Origin: a virus
Direction: 5' to 3' (one strand)
Length of the DNA stretch: 64,000 nucleotides
IMG/VR virus record: IMGVR_UViG_3300042382_000102
Coordinates: 16,336 to 80,335 of that record
The notes below the pieces were generated by a model that worked only from the letters and a program-made list of their open reading frames with translations, was not told where the DNA came from and ran no database searches. The position numbers were made by a program, and so were the translations under genes. Position 1 is the stretch's first letter, and each line of letters starts with the position of its first letter. This document shows positions 37,886 to 47,999 of the stretch, one piece after another.

Positions 37886-39863
37886 TGTCTTCTGCCTCTA
37901 CTGCGTTTGTTAATGTTTGGAAATGAGCATATAGTTTATCAAATCCACCGATATACTCTCCGTCTAAATAAATTTGTGGTAACGATCTAACATCATCACG
38001 ACCAGTAACTTCAGCCGCTGTTTTGCCTAAAGCTACAATATCAATATAGTCAAATGGAATACTCTTTGAATTTAACAAAGCTTTAGCCATTTCACAATTT
38101 GGACAATTTGGTTTACCATATATGATTGTTGTCTTCTCATATTTTAATTTATCTTCTTTAACTTTTTCTGAGACATTTTCAGCACGAACTTTAGCTTCTG
38201 TACGGAGATAATACAAACCTTTCAACCCAGATTCCCAAGCTAAAATATGTGCATCTTTAACATATTTCTTTTCTGCTCCTGCAGGGAAAAATAAGTTAAC
38301 AGATTGGCCTTGACAAACATATTTTTGTCTATCTGAAGCATGTTTAATAACCCAACTTTGATCTAACTCAAAACTAGTTTTAAACACATCTTTTATACTA
38401 TCTTCTAAGAATGGCAAATGTTGCACAGATCCACCACTAGTAATAATATTAGCCCATACTTCATTTGTATTATGTTGAATCTTATCTAAATACTTTTCAA
38501 GATATTTGTTTTTAACTAAGAAAGATCCTGCACGAGTACGATGTGTATATGCATTAGCCTTATTAGGTTCAATACTAGGAGAAGTACTTAACAGAATACC
38601 AGAAGAAGCATTAGGGGCTACTGCTAGTAAATGTGAATGCCTTACCATTACTGGAGACATATCTGGAGCAGGTCCACGACTTTCAGCTAAAGCGCCAGAG
38701 ATCTCTTTTGCTTGATTTTTAATATAATCAAATATTTCAATGTTTAGCTTGGATGCATCGTTACTTTCAAAAGGTATCATTCTACTCTGTAACAAGTTAT
38801 GAAAACCCATTGCTCCAACACCAATAGATCTTTCTTGAGTAGCGCTATATACTGCCCTACTAAGACTGTCTGGAGCATTCTCAATAAAATATTCTAGTAC
38901 GTTGTCAAGCATTGTTACTAAATCTTTGACCATTGATGTATGTTTCCATTGGTCATAGTGTTCTAGATTAACAGAGCTTAAACAACATACTGCTGTACGA
39001 TCTTCATTCGTAGGTAAATGAATTTCATTACAGAGGTTGCTACCATGTACTTTTAAACCTTTTTCCTTTAATTGAATAGGTAATGCGTCATTAACAGTAT
39101 CAATGAAGTTAAGGTAAGGCTCACCTGTACGGAAGCGAGTTTCCAATAACTTGATAAATACTTTTCTAGCATCAAGGGATTCGCCTGTTGGTCCTTTCTT
39201 TGGATCAACAAGCTCATATGTTCTACCTTCTTTGACAGCTTCCATGAAATTATCAGTGATATTAACAGCGTTATGTAAGTTAAGACATTTACGATTGTTA
39301 TCACCTGTGGGAACACGAATACTAATAAATTCAAGAATATCAGGATGATCAATATCGAGATATGCAGCATAAGAGCCCTTTCTAGTTTTACCCTGCCTAT
39401 AAGCAGTCATATCAGCATCAATTGTGCTTAAGAAAGGTATAGGCCCAGGAGCAATGTCAGATACACTACGGATGTCAGACCAATGACCTCCGACCCCTCC
39501 GCCCATGACGGATAACCAACGAATTTCAGAACTATGATCAATAAGACCAGAGACAGTATCAGGAACATAAGTTAAAAAGCAAGAGATTGGCATTCCTTTA
39601 CCTTTACCATTAATATCGGGAGCATTCGATAATACAGGTGAGGCAAACATAAACCATTTGTTTGAGATATAGTCATACAGTCTTTGAGCTAACTCTAAAT
39701 CTGTTTGACCTTTAAATGTGCTCCAAGCACGACAAGCTCTAGCATAAACTTCCTGTGGAGATTTTTCATTATCTTTTGCATAGAACTCTAGTACCATGTC
39801 AAAGGCATAATCTGTTAAAAGTTTATCTTTATCTAAATCAATTTCAATATCGTAGTATTTCAT
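37860..39863 (-). CDS. nrdA: Ribonucleotide reductase class Ia alpha subunit with fused glutaredoxin domain
   Basis: ISCF, SNLCNEI, VCCLSS, APNASS, GLYYLR; then IYGKPNCPNC...LPQIYLDGEYIGGF; terminal CKAC. Confidence 0.93.
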   Translation of the reverse strand: MKYYDIEIDLDKDKLLTDYAFDMVLEFYAKDNEKSPQEVYARACRAWSTFKGQTDLELAQRLYDYISNKWFMFASPVLSNAPDINGKGKGMPISCFLTYVPDTVSGLIDHSSEIRWLSVMGGGVGGHWSDIRSVSDIAPGPIPFLSTIDADMTAYRQGKTRKGSYAAYLDIDHPDILEFISIRVPTGDNNRKCLNLHNAVNITDNFMEAVKEGRTYELVDPKKGPTGESLDARKVFIKLLETRFRTGEPYLNFIDTVNDALPIQLKEKGLKVHGSNLCNEIHLPTNEDRTAVCCLSSVNLEHYDQWKHTSMVKDLVTMLDNVLEYFIENAPDSLSRAVYSATQERSIGVGAMGFHNLLQSRMIPFESNDASKLNIEIFDYIKNQAKEISGALAESRGPAPDMSPVMVRHSHLLAVAPNASSGILLSTSPSIEPNKANAYTHRTRAGSFLVKNKYLEKYLDKIQHNTNEVWANIITSGGSVQHLPFLEDSIKDVFKTSFELDQSWVIKHASDRQKYVCQGQSVNLFFPAGAEKKYVKDAHILAWESGLKGLYYLRTEAKVRAENVSEKVKEDKLKYEKTTIIYGKPNCPNCEMAKALLNSKSIPFDYIDIVALGKTAAEVTGRDDVRSLPQIYLDGEYIGGFDKLYAHFQTLTNAVEAEDNECKACEG

Positions 39864-39877
39864 TATTATTTTTATTA

Positions 39878-40081
39878 TTAAGCGTTAAAGCAAGCACCAG
39901 GGCGTAATAACACTTCTGCTATCATACCCTCCATCGACTCATCTGAAATACATATAAAGGCAGTAATATCAAACTCCGTAAAGCTTTCAAGAGCTGCCTC
40001 ACATTCTTTACTATTTTCATAGATATACTCATTATATTTTTTACTAGAGTGATCAAAAGCAAATACAGAATATCTCATCAT
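39878..40081 (-). CDS. Hypothetical protein
   Basis: ORF track; GAGG RBS. Confidence 0.5.
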   Translation of the reverse strand: MMRYSVFAFDHSSKKYNEYIYENSKECEAALESFTEFDITAFICISDESMEGMIAEVLLRPGACFNA

Positions 40082-41709
40082 ATAGTAAGATCCTCAAAAC
40101 TATTACTTGCATTAATCAATCTACCAGTGTCTTCAATAAATCTATATTGACCCATAGGACCAGTTCTGCCAGTCCATCTATCTTTTAGTACCCAAAGCTT
40201 ACTAGTGTGCCTCTGCACAGGGTCTGCTTCAAGTTTATTCCTACTAATAGCAATTAGTTGAGCACCAATTTGCTTTAGAGAACCAGAACCTTTTAAATCA
40301 TCATCTGAAGGTACAGCACCCTCTTCAAAAGATTTTTGATTATTGTTTGTTTTTCTTAAATGACTAACAACTCCAAGCCATATCCCATGACGCTTGGCTA
40401 GCTTTAGTAGGTCTGACATAAGTTTATCTGTAGCTCGATTAACATCATTATCTTCAGCATCTGATACTGCAATAGTAATGTGATCAAGATATATAAATTT
40501 ACATCCACTTAAAGCCATGAATTCCATTTTATCAATTAGAGAATCGTCTCCCATTGAGCCTTGGTGATCTAAGAACATTATGCGACCTGTACCCATAGTC
40601 TCAGCCCAAGCAGACTTTTCTTCATCTTCAGTAACTTCAACATCAGGTAATTGGATACGCTTATTTAAGTGTAAAGCCATAATACCTTCAACTGTCTCAG
40701 ACACACTTTCTTCTAAAGAACAAATACCAATCTTTTCATTTGTTGTTTGAAGTAAATGATATTGATCTTCTTTTAGAAAAGAACTCTTACCCATACCAGT
40801 ACCTGAGCAAAGTACAGTAATAGAGCCTAAACATCTACCATAAATCTTTTTATTAAGATCTACAGCAAATTCAGGCCAAGGTACATAATCAATCTCTGAT
40901 TCGGCCTTGTATAAATCCCAAGTATCCGCTGAGTTAACAATGCCAACTGGACTCCAAGCTTGAGCATCCCAAACTTGAGATAAGACTGCCATATGCCCTT
41001 CTTTTAAATAAAGTTCATTGGCATCTTTTAACTTAGTGTTCTTAACAATTTTAACTTTGTCAAAACCAATAATCTTAGCAGCACGATCAGCAGCTTCTTT
41101 TCCTGGCTCATCATTGTCAAACCAAATAACTACTGAATCAAAACTACGTAACCAATCTCTATTACTCAATAAGATACTAGTTTGACTTGCTGATGGTATA
41201 GAAACTACTGGATAAATCTTTTCATATTTATCGAACCAAGCCTGTGATACAGTTAATGCATCAATCTCACCTTCAGTAATTACTAACTGTTTACCCCCAT
41301 TACCCGCTTGCATTTGTCCAAAAAGACTTTTAATTTTTCCGACAACTGTGAAGTCTTTAGGGAGAATCCGTTTCTTATATCCTGTAATTTCATTAATACC
41401 ATATGGGTAATAATGTGTATCCACATCACCTTTTTCATTTACGGTAACCCTTATATTGAAGTGTTCTGCAATTTTCTTTGTGATCTTGCGGTCAGCAAAA
41501 CCTCTTATAGCGTAACTAGAAATTTCTTCTAATGTTTCAGTGCCATAATTTTCCTTCTTAGTTGTCACTAGAGAATCCTTACTTTGATCTGGAAACCAAC
41601 CACTACATGAAAAACAATATGAGGTTCTATCCTCGTATATCTGTCTAGCATCACTACTACCACAGTCTTCACTTAGGCAAGGTTGATCCTTTACAACTAT
41701 TTTTCCCAT
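40078..41709 (-). CDS. T7 gp4-like primase-helicase
   Basis: N-terminal Zn finger (C..CGSSDA...CFSC), TOPRIM ITEGEIDA and FDNDEPG, Walker A GTGMGKS, LDHI, VSHLRK, LKGSGSLKQ, KDRWTG. Confidence 0.93.
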   Translation of the reverse strand: MGKIVVKDQPCLSEDCGSSDARQIYEDRTSYCFSCSGWFPDQSKDSLVTTKKENYGTETLEEISSYAIRGFADRKITKKIAEHFNIRVTVNEKGDVDTHYYPYGINEITGYKKRILPKDFTVVGKIKSLFGQMQAGNGGKQLVITEGEIDALTVSQAWFDKYEKIYPVVSIPSASQTSILLSNRDWLRSFDSVVIWFDNDEPGKEAADRAAKIIGFDKVKIVKNTKLKDANELYLKEGHMAVLSQVWDAQAWSPVGIVNSADTWDLYKAESEIDYVPWPEFAVDLNKKIYGRCLGSITVLCSGTGMGKSSFLKEDQYHLLQTTNEKIGICSLEESVSETVEGIMALHLNKRIQLPDVEVTEDEEKSAWAETMGTGRIMFLDHQGSMGDDSLIDKMEFMALSGCKFIYLDHITIAVSDAEDNDVNRATDKLMSDLLKLAKRHGIWLGVVSHLRKTNNNQKSFEEGAVPSDDDLKGSGSLKQIGAQLIAISRNKLEADPVQRHTSKLWVLKDRWTGRTGPMGQYRFIEDTGRLINASNSFEDLTI

Positions 41710-41886
41710 TTTATTTATTTATTACATTGTTAGCTGCGAAACAAGCTGTTGATACAAAACTTAGTGCTATAGATACTAGTAAAAAGTCTGCTGAAGTCCA
41801 TTGCTCTGTACCTGTTAATAAGTTAACTGATTGTGTTAATACCACAAGCATTGAACAAAAACCAAGTATAAAACCAATTAATTTCA

Positions 41887-42333
41887 TTATTTTAATCCTG
41901 CTAATTTATTTAATCTTTTACGATGTCTGAGAGATACTGTTTCAGAAGAGCGCCATTGTACTTTATCAATGAATCTATTATACCAGATATGATTATTAGT
42001 TGGAACTTCTACAAAACATTGAGACCATGTTTCTGCCCAACTTAAACCTCCTCTAGTATAATATTGCTCTAATACGTGGAATTCAAATGAGTCTATACCA
42101 TTCTCTTCTATTAGTGCATTGATGTCTTTAGATGAACTAGTATAAACTCTCCAATTGCTTGGTTTGCCTTTATTAAGTCTACCATTCCCTTTAAACATCT
42201 TTTTACCAATATACATCATACCATTCTTTTTATCTTTAATTAAATAAATAAATCCAAAAGCATTTTCATGATCTAGTTGTTCAGTAAATTCCCAGTGCCC
42301 ATTATCCTTCTTCTTTAATTTGGAAGTGGTCAT
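41887..42333 (-). CDS. GIY-YIG family endonuclease-like protein
   Basis: GFIYLI...MYIGKK, WRVYTSSS, WYN motifs. Confidence 0.75.
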   Translation of the reverse strand: MTTSKLKKKDNGHWEFTEQLDHENAFGFIYLIKDKKNGMMYIGKKMFKGNGRLNKGKPSNWRVYTSSSKDINALIEENGIDSFEFHVLEQYYTRGGLSWAETWSQCFVEVPTNNHIWYNRFIDKVQWRSSETVSLRHRKRLNKLAGLK

Positions 42334-43006
42334 TTATATAGCGCCAGATGTGGATCAACCTGCCATTGGCAAGTAAATAAGGTTTCCACTGGTCGCCATA
42401 TTGTTGTTTGTAAGCATTTATTACTGCTGCCTTTCTTTTATTATTATTATCACAGCCCTCTAAAATCTTTAAGGCCTTTACTGGCCCGATCTTAGGTAGT
42501 CCAGGAATATTATCTACTGCATCACCCATTAAAATTTGTTTCCAATAGTGTATATCAGCTGATTCCTCATCTACTTCATAATGTTCATCCTTTCCTGGTT
42601 TAAAATGTTTACCAGGAATACAATCTAGATCTTTGTCTATTGTACATACTACAAACGGATCATTATCCCTAGTTGCTTCTACCGCCCAAATTCGAATTAA
42701 GTCATCTGCCTCAAATCCGTGAGCAACTACAGCATTAGGATGATTACAAAACCATTCTTTGAGTTCATCAAAATATTCAGCCCTATTTTTCTTAGATGCT
42801 AACCTAGATGCACTTCTTTTATATTCTTTAAAAAACTCTTCTCTCCAATTATTTAGACCACCAATTGCAATGAGATAATCAGTGCAAAAGGTGTTTTCAA
42901 TAACTTCTTGAAGAACTATGTCTAATTTAATCTTAGCTTCTTCTACGTTTTCAGTATCCCAAATAGCCTGATATAGTAGAACGTCTCCGTCTACTAATGC
43001 TATCAT
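42302..43006 (-). CDS. 5'-3' exonuclease (T7 gp6-like)
   Basis: DGDVLLY, FEADD, DKDLDCIPG, MGDAVDNIPG motifs. Confidence 0.9.
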   Translation of the reverse strand: MIALVDGDVLLYQAIWDTENVEEAKIKLDIVLQEVIENTFCTDYLIAIGGLNNWREEFFKEYKRSASRLASKKNRAEYFDELKEWFCNHPNAVVAHGFEADDLIRIWAVEATRDNDPFVVCTIDKDLDCIPGKHFKPGKDEHYEVDEESADIHYWKQILMGDAVDNIPGLPKIGPVKALKILEGCDNNNKRKAAVINAYKQQYGDQWKPYLLANGRLIHIWRYINDHFQIKEEG

Positions 43007-43191
43007 ACTGGGTAGGTTACTTTCTCAAAGCCATATCTCTTAACTCGAGCTAATAGTTTCTTGCCAACTTTATTACGAACTTTATACTTAATAATTGTAG
43101 GACGATCTACAAAGCTAAGATATAAATACTTATCGCCACGAGGATAAGTATATGTTGCCGATGGAACTCTGTATACTAATGATTTTTTCAT
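43003..43191 (-). CDS. Small basic hypothetical protein
   Basis: ATGA-coupled on both sides. Confidence 0.5.
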   Translation of the reverse strand: MKKSLVYRVPSATYTYPRGDKYLYLSFVDRPTIIKYKVRNKVGKKLLARVKRYGFEKVTYPV

Positions 43192-43601
43192 TTTTGTTGT
43201 ACTCTTATATTACTGTGAATTAATGTTAAAATACCTGAATCAGTTTTATATCTGTCTGAAAATATTACTCTTTCAACGCCAGATTGGATTAGTAGCAGTG
43301 AACAATTGTCACAAGGAGCAGTTGTCACATATACTGTTGATCCTTTTAAACTCAAACCTTCTGCAGCAGCCTTAGAGACTAAATTTGCTTCAGCATGAAT
43401 TACATAGGATAATGTTTTATTATAATCATCTTCACATTTATTAGGAAAACCTGTGGGAGTTCCATTAAATCCGAAGCTGAGAATATTATTATTTTTTACT
43501 GCTATAGCACCAACCTTACGCTTTTCAGCATGAGACATTAGTGCTATTCTTTTAGCAAGATCTAAATACAGGGAATCGTAGCGATCTTCTTTTGTAACCA
43601 T
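43188..43601 (-). CDS. dCMP deaminase
   Basis: KVGA, GFNGTP, HAEAN, PCDNC. Confidence 0.9.
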   Translation of the reverse strand: MVTKEDRYDSLYLDLAKRIALMSHAEKRKVGAIAVKNNNILSFGFNGTPTGFPNKCEDDYNKTLSYVIHAEANLVSKAAAEGLSLKGSTVYVTTAPCDNCSLLLIQSGVERVIFSDRYKTDSGILTLIHSNIRVQQK

Positions 43602-44053
43602 GAAGGTGCATCTCTATTTGTATATCGCATTAAATTTATTTTTTCAGTTAAATAATAATTTCGATATGATTCAACTGTATCATTTAACTTACAATGATCT
43701 GGCATGGCTAAGGGAGGGTCTTGCCAATCTTCTGCTTTAATGTCCCTTGGAAAACTAGAAAGTGTACCTGAATGATCTAAAATAGTTTTATGTACTTTTC
43801 CAAATCGGTGAGTATACTCTTTACCAAGTTCTTCCATAAGAATATAAAGCCACATATAATGCTTAATACTACTACGAACCCAAACAGCAGAAGGATGATT
43901 GTCATGTGTCTTTTTGTAAGGCCCACCATCACCAACTAGATGATGGGCGGTAGATAATAACTGTGCTGACTCAAGAATCATCTTTACTACATGAGAATCA
44001 TAGTGAGCCTTAGCACATTCTGTTTGGTTTTTGTCTAAATAAAAAATGTTCAT
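43562..44053 (-). CDS. Pyrimidine dimer DNA glycosylase-like protein
   Basis: MNIFYLD...HVVKMILESAQLL...HDNHPSAVW...EYTHRFGKVH...YRNYY. Confidence 0.75.
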   Translation of the reverse strand: MNIFYLDKNQTECAKAHYDSHVVKMILESAQLLSTAHHLVGDGGPYKKTHDNHPSAVWVRSSIKHYMWLYILMEELGKEYTHRFGKVHKTILDHSGTLSSFPRDIKAEDWQDPPLAMPDHCKLNDTVESYRNYYLTEKINLMRYTNRDAPSWLQKKIATIPCI

Positions 44054-44688
44054 GATTCGTGTATGTGTGTAAATTCAGGGTATTTAGCTTTAATTTTAGC
44101 TATATACTTTGGATCATCATTCTTTCTAATTAAATGAACTTTGAATTCTTTACTAATGTCAAACTCTACACTAGTGTCTAATTCATAATCTTCCGAATTA
44201 GTTAAATAATCCCAATAATAACCACGAGTATAAGAAGCTTTAGACAAACTTCCATGAAATGTGTTTAACATCTCAATTGGTTGTCTATCACATAATACAA
44301 TTTGAATTGGCATAAAACAATTTTTTACGTTTAATACACCAACAACTCCATTATCTAAACTATGTGTATAATAAGAATTATTTGTTACATCTTCTAATTC
44401 ATCAGCTTGAAGCTGTAATGCTTGTGATATTCTGTCTTTGATACTATTTCTAGACTCATTAGGATACCCATGAATATAGATATCTAAATCCTTTGCAGGG
44501 TTACCTAATGCCCAGTCTCGTGGTGCTCCACCTAGAATACAAGAATAAGGGTCCACAATATGTAACATGTTTAATGCTGCATGAGCACAGTTTTTCTGTG
44601 ATTCAATAGTTTTACTTTTCATTTCAGTTTTTAAAGAAAGAGATTCTAAAAGTGCTTTTTTAATTCTATCATTTATATCGTTATACAT
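44050..44688 (-). CDS. Nucleotidyltransferase (CCA-adding/poly(A) polymerase head-like)
   Basis: LGGAPRDW...KDLDIY motif. Confidence 0.7.
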   Translation of the reverse strand: MYNDINDRIKKALLESLSLKTEMKSKTIESQKNCAHAALNMLHIVDPYSCILGGAPRDWALGNPAKDLDIYIHGYPNESRNSIKDRISQALQLQADELEDVTNNSYYTHSLDNGVVGVLNVKNCFMPIQIVLCDRQPIEMLNTFHGSLSKASYTRGYYWDYLTNSEDYELDTSVEFDISKEFKVHLIRKNDDPKYIAKIKAKYPEFTHIHES

Positions 44689-44699
44689 TTTATTCCCAG

Positions 44700-46577
44700 T
44701 TAATGTACATCATACCAGTTATTACCGATTTTGGACTCACCATCCATAATATCCACACCAAATAACTTTGGACCATCTTGAAAAGCTTTTTTAGCAATTG
44801 CAGATGCTCTTTCAGCATACTCGATAGGAACTTCAAATTCAATCTCGTCATGATAAAATATCAACGGATTGAATGGTATGTTCTCCTCTTGGAGTCTAAC
44901 ATAAGTAAGAGCAGTAGCTGCTTTACATGTAATAGCTTCACAACTCTGTAATAGATAATTGAGAGACTTATGAGCAGATTCACAAGGAATCTTTCTACCA
45001 TCAAGTGCAGGAATCCAAGGACTGCCACGTAACTCTGTTTGGTTATAAACAGCATTAATACGCTTAATCAATGAATCTAGTCCTGGAATACGTTTTGCAA
45101 ACTCAGCTTTAATCTTATTACCAAGTTTAGCATTACGAACACCAGTTAAAATTAAAGAAACCTTCTCACCACCAGCACCAAACAAATAAGCATAAATGAA
45201 TGGCTTCGCTAATTTACGAGATACAGTAGGGTCTTTAATAATCTTAGGAAACTTAGATTGTTCTTCTGTCATTACAGCTGTTAGTACATCTGCATTCTTT
45301 TGATGCACATCTCCATTTAAAACTTCATTAGTATACTCATCATTTTTTAGATAATGACATAAAGCTCTAAATTGATTACCAGAAGAGTCAGCGCCAATAA
45401 TTGCATACCCAGGACTAGCCATAAATAATTTACGAATATCTGGACCCCATTCGGAATCAGCACCTGGAACATTGACAATACCACTATGTCTAGCACGACC
45501 AGTTGGAGTAGAGATAGTAAAACAACTACCATGTAATCTGTTATTCTCATCTAAAGACTCCAACCATCCAGACAATATAGAGTGTCTAGATCTAGTAGTA
45601 TAATACTTATCAATTAGCATCCCTACTTCACCTAACTTCTCTAGTGAACTAGTAGTTAACTTTTCAGATACTTTAATAAATTCATTACCTTGTTTTTTCC
45701 AATTCCAGTCGTCAGGCTCCCAACCAATTTTGTGTAAATATAATTTAACTGAATCAATATTACCTAAATCAGGTTGTACATATTCAAATCGTTGATATGG
45801 ACCCTCTACCATACGATCATCCCTGCCATTAGAAGGATCAATATTAAAATATCTAGCAGTAACGGCATCATAATTACCGTTCTTAATCCACTTTGGTATT
45901 TTAGGTTGTTTATCCAAGACTTTAGTTTCTGTACTAAGTCGTGGCTCAATAACAGCTTGAACTTCTGCCATTTGAGCTTCCATAGCAGCCAATAGTTTTG
46001 TAGCAGCATCTTTGTCAAATTGCCATCCTATATATTCTGCATCAGCACAAAATTGTGCGGTAAGGTGCTCATTTTTAATAGAAGTTTTAAGATATGGCTT
46101 TTTCTCAGTCATACCTTTTAATTCTTTAATAAGACCTCTATAGACCTTAACGTTGATTTTTACGTCTTCTCTACACCGATGTAGCATGTCGGTTGAGTAC
46201 TGACTCCAGTCCTCATGCTCGACCTTACTATGACCAAGGTATTCACCCCATACAGCTAGAGAATGCTTTCCATTAAATCGATCATAATTAATGACTTGCG
46301 ATAGTAACATCGTATCATATAATTTAGTTTCTTTATTTGGAATCCAATTGTATAGTTTTCGGAGAACAAGTAAGTCATAGCCAATAATATTATGGCCAAT
46401 TAAACTTGTTGCTTTCGATAGGTGTTGTAAGCCTTGCTCTAAGCTTGGATATTGTGGATCATAGTCGGTAAAGATTAGCTCTTCACCAGTACTAGTATCA
46501 TTTGTCACAATCATCCAAACTTTACTTACAGTGTCTAGTAAACCATCACTTTCGATGTCAAATACTAGATTGCTCAT
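44700..46577 (-). CDS. DNA polymerase, family A (T7-like) with 3'-5' exonuclease
   Basis: FDIESD, GHNIIGYD, TGRARH, ADSSGNQFR, RKLAKPFIYAYLFG, YHDE. Confidence 0.95.
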   Translation of the reverse strand: MSNLVFDIESDGLLDTVSKVWMIVTNDTSTGEELIFTDYDPQYPSLEQGLQHLSKATSLIGHNIIGYDLLVLRKLYNWIPNKETKLYDTMLLSQVINYDRFNGKHSLAVWGEYLGHSKVEHEDWSQYSTDMLHRCREDVKINVKVYRGLIKELKGMTEKKPYLKTSIKNEHLTAQFCADAEYIGWQFDKDAATKLLAAMEAQMAEVQAVIEPRLSTETKVLDKQPKIPKWIKNGNYDAVTARYFNIDPSNGRDDRMVEGPYQRFEYVQPDLGNIDSVKLYLHKIGWEPDDWNWKKQGNEFIKVSEKLTTSSLEKLGEVGMLIDKYYTTRSRHSILSGWLESLDENNRLHGSCFTISTPTGRARHSGIVNVPGADSEWGPDIRKLFMASPGYAIIGADSSGNQFRALCHYLKNDEYTNEVLNGDVHQKNADVLTAVMTEEQSKFPKIIKDPTVSRKLAKPFIYAYLFGAGGEKVSLILTGVRNAKLGNKIKAEFAKRIPGLDSLIKRINAVYNQTELRGSPWIPALDGRKIPCESAHKSLNYLLQSCEAITCKAATALTYVRLQEENIPFNPLIFYHDEIEFEVPIEYAERASAIAKKAFQDGPKLFGVDIMDGESKIGNNWYDVH

Positions 46578-47196
46578 TTAATAATTTTTCTATATCTTTA
46601 ATTTTAATTGGTTGGTTATTGTTTTTAGTGTAAGCAAGTAGGAACTTTAAATACCATAATGCTTTACCTAATTCTTGTTCTTCAGCATCTTTACCGCCAA
46701 GGCGATCTAGATACTTTCGTACTTGTAGTTCAACTGCTGCCTTGAAGCAATCAGGATTTCTAAAGCTCGGTAGATATTGCATAGCCTCTAGCCATTGTAA
46801 ATCCATTATATAACTCTGATAGTGACTAGGATTAATAGCACTCTGGTAGTTAGGAGTAAGAATAGTGCTCTTTAATGTTGTTGGATTTTCTTTTAAGTAT
46901 TTCATAAGCTGATCTACTTCCCACTCATCATCACCATCTTCAATAGCCCACGTATTTAATAAGTTACGATAGTCATTTACAGCACCAATTGTATTTAACT
47001 CCTTAGATCTGTTTTTTACAGATGTAGGCCAAATACATTTGATAGTAAAGAAATTCATATTGTCTTTCCATGCAGTTACAGCATTTTCAAAGTCATTATA
47101 TGTTCCTACTACCCCACGCTTATCATCATACGAATACACTTCATATACTGGTACGTACATCTTGATCCTCTGGTTTATATAGTTTGCCCTCATCAA
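46558..47196 (-). CDS. DUF3310 (SaV / T7 gp1.7-like) domain protein
   Basis: C-terminal AINPSHYQ...KYLDRLGGK...ELGKALWYL. Confidence 0.65.
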   Translation of the reverse strand: MMRANYINQRIKMYVPVYEVYSYDDKRGVVGTYNDFENAVTAWKDNMNFFTIKCIWPTSVKNRSKELNTIGAVNDYRNLLNTWAIEDGDDEWEVDQLMKYLKENPTTLKSTILTPNYQSAINPSHYQSYIMDLQWLEAMQYLPSFRNPDCFKAAVELQVRKYLDRLGGKDAEEQELGKALWYLKFLLAYTKNNNQPIKIKDIEKLLNEQSSI

Positions 47197-47323
47197 TAGC
47201 TTGTTTTAGCATATGTATAAAAGCATAATTCATAAGGTATTCTCTTGCTTCGTTATCTAAGTCTAGTATAACATTAGCACTACCATCTTCATTTTCATTA
47301 ATCTTAGATATTGTAAACTTCAT
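47141..47323 (-). CDS. Hypothetical protein
   Basis: ENEDGSA motif. Confidence 0.55.
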   Translation of the reverse strand: MKFTISKINENEDGSANVILDLDNEAREYLMNYAFIHMLKQAIDEGKLYKPEDQDVRTSI

Positions 47324-47586
47324 TAGTATACATCTCCATTTTCTTGAATCTTTTTATCTTCATAAGGTGCAGCTATTCTACGATAAAACTCAATCTTAGC
47401 ACCTTCTAGAGCACCTACAATGTCGTTAATTGCTTGGTAGTTACCTTTATCTGTACGATTAAAATAATCTCGTACAATAGAAGTAATAACAAAGTTTAAC
47501 TCACCAGGGGTAGTGCATAAATCACCAACCTCAGCTACACTCTTTGTATGTAAGAACTGTTTAAAGTCTTGTCGAATATAAGGCAT
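47323..47586 (-). CDS. Conserved phage hypothetical protein
   Basis: MPYI...GELNF...EFYRRIAAPYEDKKIQENGDVY. Confidence 0.7.
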   Translation of the reverse strand: MPYIRQDFKQFLHTKSVAEVGDLCTTPGELNFVITSIVRDYFNRTDKGNYQAINDIVGALEGAKIEFYRRIAAPYEDKKIQENGDVY

Positions 47587-47999
47587 TAATCTAAATACTC
47601 CGTAATAATAGTGTCACAAGCTTTGTCTACTGTAGATCTCCACTCTGTAACTAGAGACTCAAAGAAAGGGTGGATAGTAGAAGCATTAGCTTTAAATGCA
47701 ACTACTGGTTTTCGTAATACATAAGAAGCATAAAAAACTTCCATTGCAGTACCGTGTTTAGCAATTGTAGGATTATCTAAATTAACAAGGATTAAATCTG
47801 ATTCTTGAATATCACGAAGATCTAACTCAAATATACGTTTCATATATTTAGGTTGAAATTCATGAACTCTACGAGTGGGATCTAATACTTTCTGATCTGC
47901 TTGTAATAGTAAATCAGTAGCAATTGTTCTCCATCCTTTTGCATCTTCAATAGAAACATGTTCCATTGGACCTGCTAAATATACTGTTCTTTGTTTCAT
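47586..47999 (-). CDS. Nucleoside 2-deoxyribosyltransferase-like protein
   Basis: VYLAGPM, DLRDIQESD, GTAMEVFYA. Confidence 0.8.
   Translation of the reverse strand: MKQRTVYLAGPMEHVSIEDAKGWRTIATDLLLQADQKVLDPTRRVHEFQPKYMKRIFELDLRDIQESDLILVNLDNPTIAKHGTAMEVFYASYVLRKPVVAFKANASTIHPFFESLVTEWRSTVDKACDTIITEYLD

Noticed and set aside
41887-42333. GIY-YIG gene as an intron-encoded homing endonuclease
   Set aside because: It is free-standing between intact genes; no split gene or intron is evident
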